The position numbers were made by a program, and so were the translations under genes. A stretch of DNA of 64,000 bases from Fistulifera solaris (lineage: Eukaryota), in assembly GCA_030295235.1 (NCBI GenBank), contig AP026125.1, positions 62,001-126,000 on the forward strand, written 5' to 3'. The notes under the pieces were generated by a model. It made no database searches. It was given only the letters and a program-made list of their open reading frames with translations, and was not told where the DNA came from. Of the stretch, positions 12,018-30,261 are shown piece after piece (position 1 is the first letter of the stretch; each line of letters opens with the position of its first letter).

Positions 12018-12539
12018 ATGCAACAAATTTTCCTAATAAATCCATTCCTGCTCGCCATGCAAAATCAAGATGACAAGAGGACTACGTGCAAGAGAGAGCA
12101 AACCAAAATGTCAATGATTCATACTTCCAACAAGAGAAAACGGAAGAATCAAGTTCACTTTGATGAGAGCCACAATCAAGTTCATGTTCGACATTCCACG
12201 CCGGAAGACTTGAAACGAGCTTGGATGCAAGATCGTGAGTACATGGTGATTCGCAAACGTCTGCTTCAAATTCTTTACAAGTTCAGCAAACTGGAGGGAA
12301 ATACCGCCCTGTTATGTCCCGACCAGGACTGTCTGTTGGGACTCGAGTCGTTCATTCGCAAATACGTGTACGGCACCAAAAGTAGGCAGCGTGCATTTGT
12401 ACGAGAAGTATGCTTGTATTACCGCTTGCAAGCTCAATTGGGAGTCCAAAAGGATTCGGAGGCTTTGCAAAAACTGGCGAGTGTATTCTCCAAAGGCGAC
12501 CGACTGAGAGCCATCCAAGAAGCACAGACAAGGCTATAA
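12018..12539 (+). CDS. Hypothetical diatom-type protein (KxVxF ... W ... GLE motif family); start uncertain
   Basis: KNQVHFDE...LKRAWMQ...CLLGLE...DSEALQKL pattern, typical of an expanded diatom orphan family. Confidence 0.6.
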   Translation: MQQIFLINPFLLAMQNQDDKRTTCKREQTKMSMIHTSNKRKRKNQVHFDESHNQVHVRHSTPEDLKRAWMQDREYMVIRKRLLQILYKFSKLEGNTALLCPDQDCLLGLESFIRKYVYGTKSRQRAFVREVCLYYRLQAQLGVQKDSEALQKLASVFSKGDRLRAIQEAQTRL

Positions 12540-13202
12540 TTCATAATTTTTCATATTTCGCACTTCATTCGCTATTCGTAGTGTTGTTTCACCTCTGCTT
12601 CCTTTATATGATCAACTTTTATTCACATGAAGCAAGTGAACATAGATTAATGGAAGTCTACTTTGAACGTCGGACATCCTAGGTATTTTGCGGGGATCTG
12701 GCCGAAACGACTTATCCAATAAAGAAAGAAGGCTTATTTGGACGATTATAACAATACCATTGTTGTAATGCATATCTAGAGAGTGTCAACGTTAAAGGGT
12801 TTAAAAACTGAAAAGTACTGGTAGTCGAAGCGACCACAGAATGAAGTACGGTACGGTACCGGTACGAGGTAATTGTTAAGAAACGGACAGACGACGAGAT
12901 GTTTGACAAGAGTTTGGGACTGTCAGTCACGCTTTTGATGTCATTGATCGCGCAACTTGACAATAAAATCGAGAAGATCGAGAATCGAGAACCTCGCGAA
13001 CTCTAAAAGAAGTCGTTTGAAAAATGCGAACCCTCCTAAACGAAGTCGATAGACGATCTCGTAACAACCCGAACGAAAGAAACGCACTCCGTAAAGAAAC
13101 AGGCCATTCGGCGCAGCATTATTTCAAAACAGAAACCAATCGCAAACATTAAAAAAAACACCAACAACCTGTAACAGAATCACATTCAAAAAAGTAACAA
13201 AC

Positions 13203-16200
13203 ATGTCGGATCTGAGAAATGCCGATGATCCCATCTGGATCGACGAAGTATGGCTCGACACCGTCGTCGTCGCTGGCTTGACCTGCTTCATTCTTTGTCT
13301 CATGGGTCTATCACAGGTGCGTCTTTTTGTTTTCGACACGTCAACCAACCGTCCTTCGCGTTTCTCACAACATTCTTCAACAGGTCCCCACGGCCAAAAT
13401 GGGCATACTCTACGGCGTTGTCGGAATGATTGCTCTTGTCGTAGCTTATTGGGTGGACGATACATACACATACGATGAAGGAACGTGGTTGATTGCGGCC
13501 AGTATGGCGCCCGGAGCAGTAGCTGGTCTCATCAGTGCGGTCGTCGTAGAAATGACCTCTTTGCCGGAAATGGTGGGAGCCTATAATGGATTCGGTGGTT
13601 TGGCTGCCGCCGTAGCGGGGTACGGTTTGTATTTGGATCCAGGTGCAACATTTTTAGTGCGAGACGGAATACGAGTAGTCGAACAAACGGACGAAATGTT
13701 GATTGTTCAAGCCATTGCTTTGTGGCTCAGTATTGTGATCGGTTTGATGACATTTACTGGGAGTATGGTGGCGACCCTCAAACTGCATGGAACGATTTCT
13801 AGCAAGTCGGTCATGATTCCAGCGCGTGGACTCTACACGGCGGTCATCTTCGCTGTCATGGTTGTCTTCGGCGTATTGGCCTTTGCCGGGGACCAAACAT
13901 GGAATGATCGTCAAGCCGGTATTGCCTACTTGGCCATTGTTGGAGCGGCAGCCGGCTTGTACGGATACACGGCTGTCATGGCGATAGGTGGCGGTGACAT
14001 GCCAGTTAGTATCAGCTTCCTCAATTCTTTGTCAGGATTTAGTACAACTGCTACTGGTTTCATGCTTTTCAATAAAGCACTCGTCGTTGCCGGAGCGTTT
14101 GTGGGGTGCAGCGGAATCATCTTGACGATCATCATGTGCAAAGCCATGAATCGCAATGTTACCAATGTACTGCTCGGAGGCTTCGGTGAAGGGTCTTCCT
14201 CAGAGCAAAAACAAGCAAAGTCAAAAGATGACGAGGAGGGTGACGTAACGATAGTAGAAGCAAGCGAAGTGGTGGAAACGTTAACTTCGGCCAAGTCAGT
14301 CATCATTGTTCCAGGGTATGGCATGGTACGTTTCGATTTCGTGGTATATCGTGCCTGCAAACTTGTTCCGAGCCTTTAACACAACTGCACGAATTCTTCC
14401 ATTCAGGCGGTGGCCAAAGCACAGCATGCCATTGCCGAGTTGACTACTCGTCTTCGTCGTTTGGGCATTATGGTTCGTTTCGCCATTCATCCCGTAGCTG
14501 GGCGAATGCCAGGACATATGAACGTGTTGTTGGCCGAAGCACATGTTCCATATGACATTACGGTCTCCATGGACCAAATTAATCAAGATTTCCCTTCGAC
14601 GGATGTCGTAGTCATCCTTGGTGGCAATGATATTGTCAACCCAGCGGCACAAACGGATCCCGACAGTCCCATTGCGGGGATGCCCGTATTGGAAGTGTGG
14701 AAAGCCAAAACAACGATTGTCATGAAACGAAGCCTTCGTGTCGGATACGCTGGTATTGAAAATCCATTGTTTTTGAAGCCCAACAATCGCATGTTCCTCG
14801 GGGACGCCAAAGAAAGCACCGAAAAGCTGGTCGCGTTGGTCGGTAATGTCAACAAAGATTCCGTCAGCGACACCGACGGCACCCATCTGGGAGATGAAGA
14901 GACGGCGGTTCCAAAGATATCCAAAGAAGAAAAGGAAATGCTGCAATTCGCGGAAGATTTATCCAAGTTACGAGAAGCTGTCTTTCTCAAAGTTGGTGTC
15001 ATTCGAGAAGTGGACCCAGATGAAGAAAAAAATCGCCATTGTTCCATCGGGTTGTAAAGATCTTATGAAACAAGGTATCCAAGTGTACGTGCAAAGCGGA
15101 GCTGGCGAAAAAGGACAGTTTTTCGATTCCATGTACGAATCCAACGGCGCGATTGTGCTTTCCTCCGCTCAACAAGTTCTGGACACGGTCGACATTTTGG
15201 TCAAGATTCGTGCACCCGCATTTCATCCAGACCTCGGCCAACACGAAGTTGACAGAATGTCGAACAAAACGTTAATCAGTTTCCTCGGACCCCGCACAGA
15301 AGAAGGAAAAACACTCATGGCACGCGCCGTTGAACACCAGGTCAATTTGTTGGCCGTCGATGCCATTCCCCGCATATCCCGCGCCCAGAGCCTCGACGTA
15401 TTGAGTTCGCAAGCCAAAGTCGCCGGGTACCGCGCCGTCATTCAAGCCGCGTATCAGTTGCAAAAATTCTGCAATGGTGAAATCACTTCGGCCGGCAGTT
15501 TCGAACCTTCCAAATTCTTAGTGGTGGGGGCCGGTGTCGCGGGGTTGGCCGCCATCAGCACAGCCTCCAATCTCGGCGCACACGTCCGTGCCTTTGATAC
15601 GCGATTGGAAACGAAAGAACAAGTCGAATCGCTCGGCGGACATTTTTTAGTGTTGGATTTTGGTAACGAGTCGGGTGGTGATGCGGCGGGGTATGCCAAA
15701 GTCATGAGTGATGCATTTTACGAAAAGAAATGGCCTTGTTTTTGCAACAAGCCAAAGAAGTGGATGTGATTATCACGACGGCGGCTATACCCGGTCGTCC
15801 AGCACCCGTACTGATTCAAGCCGAACACGTGAACGCCATGAAACCCGGCGGTGTCATTGTTGATTTGGCGGGTGGTAATTGCGCCCTGACTCGTCCGAAA
15901 CAAACGTATGTACACAATGGTATTACCATCATCGGCAGCGATATGACCAATCAAGCGATGAATTGGCAAGCTTCGACCATGTACAGCAACAATATCGTAA
16001 ATCTGTTTGGTATGTTGTGCAAAGATCGACAACTGAATTGGAATGCCAACGATCCGGTGATTCGTGGTATGACGTGCGTCTGGAATGGCGATATATTGTT
16101 TCCTCCTCCCGAAAGTATGACGGCGACAGCTGCCGCGCCGCAGCAAAATACTAGTGGTACCAAGAACACGACAAGCCCAGAAAGAAACCGAACAAGCCTT

Positions 16201-16583
16201 CGTTTTTGGAACACCGCCTCTGGGATTTGGCGTCCGTTCGTGAACTCTTGCTTGTGGGCGTGCTCGCCATCTTTTTTGCCGTGGTGGCCGCCTTTGCTCC
16301 CGTCGTGTTTTCCCAACAACTCGGTTATTTCATTTTAGCGGCCTTTTTGGGTTATTATTTGATTGAAAATGTCAATTCGGCGCTCTTCAGTCCGTTGATG
16401 AGTACGAGCAATGCTCTTTCTGGTGTGGTCATTTTGGGCGGTTTGCTCATGATTTCGGTAGAAATCGGTTCTCCGACAAGTACGTTGGGATGTATTTCGA
16501 CGTGTGTCGCCGCAATCAATGTCTTTGGAGGGTTTGCGGTATCGTATCGCATGTTACTCATGTTTAACAAGGAGAAGCTTTGA
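13203..16583 (+). CDS. NNT: Proton-translocating NAD(P) transhydrogenase, single-chain beta-alpha fusion. Introns 13317-13383 and 14326-14406; frameshifts at ~15028, ~15725 and ~16150-16200
   Basis: PntB membrane motifs ([38 protein letters not shown]). dIII motifs ([39 protein letters not shown]). These continue in frame into PntA dI ([39 protein letters not shown]) and the PntA C-terminal TM part ([31 protein letters not shown]). Confidence 0.95.
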
Positions 16584-17515
16584 AGGAGACGCGGAGGTGA
16601 AGGATAATATTGTTATGCCTCTTGCGTTGTCCGATGAAGCGAGCGGCAAACTGACTCAAAAACGTAGATCAAATCATTTAAGGAAGCTTCTATGAAAGTA
16701 GAAAAGCCTTTGCATGATGTTTAATTCTATTGTCTTTTGCTGGAAAACATAGATTGTTATTGTTTTGCTTCACTTTGTTTTTGCTGCCGTCGATCTCGTC
16801 GCCTCGAAACTTATTATGGCTCCAATTGTAGGACGACTTCTGCACTCTAGTTTTCATTATTTTCAAGCTAAATTGCGACCTAAATTTTGTCACTGGTTCT
16901 CCATTTCGGTATACTTCAACCATTCTTATCAAAGAATAATTCTCTTGAACATTTGTTGCAGTAAATGCTCCCGATATGTGGTATCGAAAGGCTGAGAGAT
17001 TTTTAACTTTTGGTAGTTACTATAAATGCAAAGTGTAGAGGACCTTTTACCACGACTGCGTTTCAGTCATGAGTCATGAGGGGGAGGTCACGGTAACCAA
17101 ACAATTACAGTATTTGAGTTACGTTCCGCTATGATCTTGTTTTATAGAAGCGACAATAAATTGGCAAAGCATGTTCTCCGGCACTCAGCTTCGACGAAAA
17201 GAGCCTCGTGCATTTTTTGACGGCACAAAAAACTCCGTGTTGCAAAGTGTTCGGATCCGTATCGTTTTGCTGTTTGATTGATTCCTAGATTCCCAAACCC
17301 GAGAGAGACCTACTTCCGACTGTAAACATGAGAGGAGCATCGAGTGTCACGGATCTTCTCGGGGATGCGAACCATACCGACGAGAACCTTGGGATTCGCC
17401 TTGCGAGGGAGTCGAACGAATTGGCTTTTTTGGTGAGATCCTGAGGAACACACAAAGAATGGTTTCATTCAAAGAAACTTAAAACAACAATTCAAGAACA
17501 AAAGCAAAAGCGAAC

Positions 17516-23194
<5,679 letters not shown>

Positions 23195-23544
23195 AATGGA
23201 GTGAAGCATGTCGCTTTAGATACTTGTCCCGCCACAATGCATTGATCACAAATCACAATCCATATCTGATACTGAGCGTTATGAACTTTATCATACCTTT
23301 ACATTCTATTTGTTTGTACAAACGGCAGCATGCCACCTCGTGCTTTTTCGAGGTGAATCGTCACCATCGACCAGTTTCAGCACGGCTAGAATATTGGTTT
23401 TGTGGATACAAGGGCAGCAGTACTTCTCAGGGATGGGATCAAATCGAGGCGAATCGGTCGGAAAGTGTCTTTGTTGGTCAACAAACGTAAGTTGGAATGA
23501 ATGAATAACTAGGTGGCAAAGAGATTGTGGTTTTGATAATTAGT

Positions 23545-25729
23545 TTATATAAAGTGTTTCCCTTGTCCTCTGTGTTTGTCGCCGCAATTCCGGCTCCAAC
23601 ACGTGAGGTTGACAATAAAATACTTCCCAAATTTGGTCAGTGCAGCCTCCGACAAGTGACCTACCCGATCGTCGTGGTTGTTTTTCTGTGGCCGACAGGA
23701 ATTAGTAGCAGCGGCCTGAAGTCTGTGGGGCCGGACATCACTTGTGGCGCGCATATTCCTAGCTCTGGTCTAGTATAGAGGTAGCCCCCCTCTGTGATAT
23801 GCACACAGCCTTGTGGCACCACTATCCTGTGCGGTGGCTCATCTTCTTGTGATGGTAAAGGAGCCCCCCTCGTGCACCGAAAGCCCTCACCTAAAACATC
23901 GCGATCTGCGACCGCCAACTCCTCTGGAGTGTGAGCCCCACTGGTTCTCGGCATGCTGAAATACGCTAGTACAAAGGAAACCGGACTTTGGGGCCGCGCT
24001 CCCAGTGACAGCCACCTACTTCGAATTCTGGCTCATTAGAACCCCTGATTAGCGGTAGCTGGCCTGTGTGGACCCTCTGTAATGGCGGAGTGTAACTGCT
24101 ACAGTCGAAGAGGGAAGCGAGTATCGTTCACGCATCCCACTGTGCTGCCAGCTATTTCTGTTGTGAATACGACCAGAGCGTCCAGTGCCGCTATCACGAT
24201 GTATATGGCCTTTGCAAACCACTGCGCGTCATGTAAGCGGTGGCGTTCATGGCGATGTGCGCGAGTGCTAGTTAGTGCATACGGCCCTAACAAGCAGCCC
24301 CGCCCGATGACCCTCAGCAACTTTGGCACGGTTAAACGCCTGTACACTATCGGACGGCCCCCCTTCTATTAGACTGTCAGCCATGCCGCGAGCCGGCCAA
24401 TCACGCAGCAGGACAGTATTGTCACTGTGAGGGATAGCCACTCTTGCGGTAGGGTGGCTGCAAAGCCGAATAGAGACCCAATCACTGATGCCTCGAGCGA
24501 TGCCCCTAGACCCGCCCGCTTCGATACATCATAGAAAGACGTGGGCCCACATACTTCGGACCTCGATAGTAACAAAGGTATCACAGCTTGTGCTGGACCA
24601 GCTGTAGTCAAGCCTATCAAAGGCCCTGCACTCAAAAGCAGGAATCGCTGAGAACTCTCCGCCATGTTTGTAAAAACTGCCGCCCGTTGTGGCTATAGTA
24701 AGGAAAACCCCGTACCTGCATACTACTGGCGCCAGTTTAAGTAGCCTCGGCTGCTACGGCCTCTGCAAGCAACTCCGACTCCTCTTCATAGTGCTGCACG
24801 ACCACCCCATCTTCTGTCAACAAGAAAGACATTAAAACATGGTGCCTTTCCCCCAGCTCGGCGGTGGTTAGGTTGGCCTCGATCCTTGAGCCTATTGTCA
24901 CCAAGACCGTTCCAACTCCTCCTAAGGAGGATGACAGCAACTCAATACCGTCCCTTGTAACGATCGCAAAGTTTCGTTGGTATCCTACAACAACTCTTTC
25001 CATACCGAATTTTTGAGAGTCTCCAACATCGCCATCAGCGAGACAATCTTCGTCACTGAGCCAGTCTTGGCGTCCGGTTCCCCACTCTTTAAAAGCCCGT
25101 TCGAAGATGGACCTTTCTTTGTGCTTCTCCCACAGCCACACAATGTTGTGTTTGATGGTGCCTACAGTATCATAGTCGGTACTTGAGCCAGTGATTGCCC
25201 CCACTGTGTTGACATTTGGTCCGCGATGTACCCACCCCTCTGATGGCGGTGTCATGTTGAAAGGCACGATGTAGTCATGAGTGTCGTCCACTGCTACTAC
25301 GTACCGTTCATCCCACTGCCTCAAGCTCCTCTCACCCGTGTAGACGTTTGTAAAATAGACACGGGATGCAGTCGCCCTACTTAGGTAGACAAGGTCACTC
25401 AACCAGATCATACACGTTCCGATGCCTACCTCCTCATCAAGCACCTGCGTAGCGCCGAGTGTGTGCTGGCGCAAGGTGGCCGTAATTTTATCCACGCGGG
25501 TGTAATTGACAGTCACTTCACGGCCGTTCAGTAAGGGCAACAACGTGATGCGCAGCCAATTATTTAAATCAACATCGGTGTCAGAATTGCTCGCCGCGGA
25601 GCCGACATTCTTCACAAACACGTTACTACCATCATAATCGCAGTGGAGCGATATCGTGCGGCCAATTGGGCGCTCTGCTGCGACGCGAGCTCCCCAAAAG
25701 TCCGCGTGTCGTAGTGAGGACCTATCCAT
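23545..25729 (-). pseudogene. Long (~730 codon) frameshift-broken ORF of unknown function with central hydrophobic segments; possible foreign or viral origin
   Basis: Open frames overlap end to end from ATG 25729 (MDRSSLRHADFW) through LLKLAPVVCRYGVF..., SVIGSLFGFAATL..., DSLIEGGPSDSVQAF..., FAKAIYIVIAALDALVVF..., FDCSSYTPPLQRV..., AHTPEELAVAD... to ...GQGKHFI* at 23545. No introns. Confidence 0.5.
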
Positions 25730-26423
25730 GGTCGGCGTTCGCAATCTCCTTGCGGTTTCGTTCTTTTTTTTCTGTGTCTCTGTACTGTCTCGCGTTCTGA
25801 GAAACAGCACCTTGGTTCGGCCTAAGTTCTCCAGACAGACTATTATCTATTATTTGTACCTTGTACCTCAACAATAATTAGAATTATGGTAGCTTTTCTT
25901 CGTTTTGTTTTTTTTTTTGTTCGATCCCCCATCCCCCGTGTCCCGTGTTCTTACTTTCGACTTCCGAGTTCAACTTCCGAGTTCCGGCTTCCGAGTTCTG
26001 AGTTCTTTCGTGCTTGTGACTTGTGACTTGTGACAGGTACCGTACCGGTACCCGATACGGTACACGGTACAAGTACCAGCAGTAAATTTATTTGACGCGG
26101 GACGCGGGACTCCCGCCACGGGACGCAGACGTAAGATTTGTACCAGAACGTCTGTCACACGGTCACAGTACCAGGTACCAGTAATGTAAAAAAGAAGAAT
26201 GTTGTTCGACAACATCGCGCACCGCGCACCTCTCTATGATCTATGATTGACTCTACTACTACTACCAGGTAGCAGCAAGCAGCTGCAAGAAAAACATGTT
26301 CCGCGAAAGCGCCGAAAACTGAATTACCATTTCACACCAAAAGTCGTGTTTGTTGAACACAAAAGCCCAAATACGAAGGTTGCTGAGGGTATTATTCAAA
26401 ACAATTTATTGAAAGGACAAGCT

Positions 26424-26894
26424 ATGGAGCAAAATGGATTTGGTCTCACACTGGGCTGGCATTTAGCAAGGTATGACCTTACAAATGGTTCGCCCCATGT
26501 CGACGCAGCCATAATCGACGAAATGCGCAACACGATGTATATGCTGCTAAATAGCAACAACATCGGCAACCTCTACGACAATGACCAAAGAGTGCTCATC
26601 CAAAATATCTTGAACCATTTTGCTGCAAGAAATGAGATGCCGACGCGTAACGCAATCCTAATTGGGATTTGCGCGTTCAGAGCATCGCTCATTGGTGCAT
26701 CAACGAGACCGGAAGACAATCTAGAGATGACAGACCTTGCTTTCAGTGCTCTTATGGACGTTGACGCCGCGACTATTGGCGATAGGGAGCATTTCTTTGA
26801 TCAACTCCGACAAGCAAACCCCGGAAACATTGTCGAACTCACGGATTTTCTTGCGTCTCTTGCACTCATTGCGAGAAGGGCGGCACTCCATTGA
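26424..26894 (+). CDS. Hypothetical orphan protein (start uncertain)
   Basis: ATG ORF MEQNGFGLTLGW... with globular alpha-helical composition. Confidence 0.45.
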   Translation: MEQNGFGLTLGWHLARYDLTNGSPHVDAAIIDEMRNTMYMLLNSNNIGNLYDNDQRVLIQNILNHFAARNEMPTRNAILIGICAFRASLIGASTRPEDNLEMTDLAFSALMDVDAATIGDREHFFDQLRQANPGNIVELTDFLASLALIARRAALH

Positions 26895-27105
26895 AGTTCG
26901 TGATGGCTGTGTTCGAGGTGCTTTACAGTTTGCGGGCTCGACACAACTGGAACATCCCTCAGCGAGAACAACAAGGATGAAAGGGTAAGGCAGGCGAGGC
27001 TCATGCCATAAAATCTAAAACCTAAAATATATCACGAACTATGGTGCAGCGGTAGAGTTAGTCACATTTTCTAAGTTCATTGAATCGATTTTGTTCCTTA
27101 AGTCA

Positions 27106-27795
27106 TCAGGCACACCGGTACACCCTCGGTAATGTCTCCACCTCGCATGTTGATTTGACTCTATTTCCTCCTTTATAGCCTCTATTCGGTATTAAAACCA
27201 CGTATAGCAACAACGAGAGAGGCAATTGCAGCCACAAGAACAATAACAAAGTTGACCACACCCAGAGCAACGTTGATTTTTGTCTCCACGGATCGCTTCC
27301 GATGACGTATCGGAATCCAGCAAGGTATGCCTGAGATATCATCTTCTCATTTTGCACTCGGAGGTGGATCGGTTGTGCTGCCACTACAAAAGCCCCAAAG
27401 TAATGCTGCCAGCTATCAAACGGGATTCTAGGCGGTACGTTTGTTGCGCCTCCAAAGTATTGTGATGGGGGTTGGTTCACAGCAATGTCTGCTTCCCGAA
27501 GTAAGTGAGCGATGATTTGTTGAAGATCATCCACTCCCGTCTCTTGCAAATTTCTGACATAAAGATCTCGTAATGCTTGTGGCATCATTTCACGGCCGTA
27601 GACCTCTTCGAAGACAGGGGTGTAAAACTTTACCGGAAGATGTTTTTCCAATTCAATAATGCGATTAATCACTTTGATCAGAGCCACAAGAGTGCGAGCA
27701 TCTGTATGTAGCGTCAGCTCAAGTTCTGCCAAACATTCCAAATGCGCCGCAAAGAGAATGTAAAAATCCTTCGGGTGGAGCTGCTGCGCAGCCAT
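27106..27795 (-). CDS. Hypothetical orphan protein with C-terminal hydrophobic segment
   Basis: 229-aa ATG ORF. LLWVWSTLLLFLWLQLPLSLLLYVVLI is a putative TM helix. Confidence 0.5.
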   Translation of the reverse strand: MAAQQLHPKDFYILFAAHLECLAELELTLHTDARTLVALIKVINRIIELEKHLPVKFYTPVFEEVYGREMMPQALRDLYVRNLQETGVDDLQQIIAHLLREADIAVNQPPSQYFGGATNVPPRIPFDSWQHYFGAFVVAAQPIHLRVQNEKMISQAYLAGFRYVIGSDPWRQKSTLLWVWSTLLLFLWLQLPLSLLLYVVLIPNRGYKGGNRVKSTCEVETLPRVYRCA

Positions 27796-28013
27796 CTCAT
27801 TAGTAAAAGAAACAGTATATGTTCTGATCGTACCAGACTAAAGCAGACTGCAAGTGCAATTCGCAATTTTAATCAACGGATCGGCGTTTTGTCGAAAAAA
27901 CGAAATTTGTCGCGACGGAAGAGATGGCCAAGGAGTATAGTCGCAAGTAATGTACCAGGAAACGTAGACTTCTACGTAGCCCTTTATTTACACGGTCACC
28001 ATAACCAAGACTC

Positions 28014-29868
28014 TGTTGACCATAACCTTACGACGCACGAACCAGTTGAAGTGAAATGACCACAAGTTCGGAGGCTTTCATCCGTCAGCCTCCGCCCCTA
28101 TCTCAATTCATCACACAATCTAAGAGACCATTACATCTCTACATCCTTTACACCTCTATTGCATCATTAGATCCTTTAGTTAACATCCAAGTAAGTCATC
28201 ATTCGTTCACGCAAAGCTTATTTTGTTTATCAGACCCACGCTCGCTGACGAGCTTCAATGCAAATGAAAAATCAGGCCAGGAAAGACTTCACAGTCATGC
28301 TAAAGACGGTCACTGCATCTTCACGATCAGCCGTTTACAGCGTCAATCATTGTGCCATCGAGCCAATTGACAGGTGTATGCGTGCACACCATCATGTTGC
28401 ATAAAAGAAAACGACCACGCCAGGCCAGGCCAGGAAAACACAAATGAAAAGTGTAAATCATGCCATGCAAAATGCAAAAGCAAATGAAAAAATTATCTCA
28501 CGCATACGGGCTTTAAACCCTTAATATTACAATCAGGCCAGGCCACGCAATGAGCTTCGAAAGCTTTCAACTTCTCGCACCTCACGATCAGCCGCAGACG
28601 GTTCACCTCTGCATGGTCCTCTCGCGGCATCAGTGACGATGCACCCGAAGGCGGCGGTCTTTCGACTGCCCAACGCATCGCGAACGGACGTCTTTATGAA
28701 CAGTTACGAGCGTCGTTCAACATGACAACGCAGGATCTTGACCAGGATATTAAGACGATCAGCAAGATGGTGCCACCGATCGTGGTGGCCCCTGCGGTCC
28801 GAACCAAACTCCAGGCATTCATCGAGTGGGTGAAGCAGTGCTTCCGCTGCCTTCAAACCCCGGAGACTTCACGTCTTTCCAACGAATCAGGCACTATTTC
28901 TCACGTACGAACAGGCAGACCATGAAGCATTCGTCCACGCTCCAAAACTTTAGCGACAATTGCAAAGCCGGATAAGTTCCGTAACAACCAGTCTTGGCCA
29001 GACTTTGCAGCCCAGTTTACAAACTACCTTCGCCAGCTCCCTGGACGCCTTGGGCATCCACTTGTCTACGTTATTCGCTGACGAGGGAAGACCCCGAGTT
29101 CGATCCCGATGAACGCATCACTGCCCAAAACCGCTACATCGCCGCTGCAGCACTCGCCGGTCCTGCATTTGAGTCCGACTCCATGGAGGTGCACACGTAT
29201 CTCCTTGCCCTTATTGCAGGAAATACTCGTGCTGAAGGTGCCACGCAACAGTTTAAGTCCAAGCTATGCGGCCGTACCGATTGGTTCGCACTGAAAGCTT
29301 TGTTCGGCTGTAGGTGCATTCAAAATCGAAATCGTCAATGCCGAAACCACTCTTGACACCATGATGTACCATGGTGAAAAGGATGGGCGCCTCCCTTGGA
29401 CCACCTTCGAAAGCAGGCTCGTAAAAGCATTCCACGACAAGAACAAGAATGCTCGGGAAGGAACTGTTGTGTATGACGACATCGAAAAGATCAAGAAGCT
29501 GTTGAAAATGATCAAACCATGCAGCCAGTTCGCGCGACGTAGCGATTTCCGTTCAGCGAGACCTCGGCAAGCCCAACTATGGCGATATGACCTTTGAGGC
29601 CGTACTTGCTGACATGCGGAACATCATCGTCACAGAAAACAAGGACGTAACAGGCAAAGGACGCAACGTGGGAAATACAAATTCCACACGCCAGCAGCAT
29701 AAGAACGCAGGAAATGGGGGACGTGGCGGCAGAGGCGGCCGTGGAAAACGGTGGCCGAGGCCAGCCCTTCACGCACGGTGGACGAGGGCGCGGAGGACGC
29801 GGTGGGCGCGGTGCACACCGTTACAACAAACCACGCGCTCATCCCGACAACTACAAACTGACACTTAA
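28014..29868 (+). mobile_element. Truncated, degenerate Ty1/copia (CoDi-like) LTR retrotransposon: putative 5' LTR, leader and frameshifted gag; no pol
   Basis: Gag-like fragments from ~28550: KLQAFIEWVK, KPDKF..WPDF..QFTNYLRQLPGRLGHPLVYVIR, DSMEVHTYL, GRTDWFALK, YHGEK..WTTFESRL, and an RGG-rich tail. TGTTGAC (28014)...GTTAACA (28185) inverted ends upstream. Confidence 0.7.
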
Positions 29869-30261
29869 CAGTTTATGGGGCATTTTCGTTTCATTTTGGA
29901 GAATGAACCGAGTTTCTACAAAAACAGGAGATAGTGACTGCTCTAAATAAAGTAAACCGGATTGAGAGTAATAACGAAAGATCGACGCAAATGACGAGGT
30001 GCGTGCGGGCCGATGACCGATGACGACACATCATGTAACAAGTGCACCTCATTTTTTTAGCGATGGGTGACGCACGGAGCGTAAGACCCGAGTGAAAACC
30101 AGTCCGTCGCACTGGTACAGACAGTTTTCTAAGGCCACATATCGACAGAATACTAAGCTCGTCTGTAGGTTTTATAGAACTAAAGAGGAGGAAAGAGAAG
30201 ATCTTTGTGACTGTTTTTACTCGCTTATCACTTACTCGCTTGTCAACAGGATTTCGATGTG

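Noticed and set aside
14846..16583. Separate pntA genes or programmed ribosomal frameshifting in transhydrogenase/PNO
   Set aside because: Breaks are at homopolymers, occur in many unrelated genes and have no evident stimulatory structures; sequencing error is simpler.
23954..24710. GGTTT(T)CCTT motifs before ATGs as conserved viral segment termini
   Set aside because: Both motifs fall inside open frames that bridge the ORF pieces, so a single frameshifted ORF explains them better.
29891..30261. C-terminal extension of the 437-aa track ORF
   Set aside because: Artefact of a one-base frameshift at ~30361; the paralog shows the real stop at 30262.
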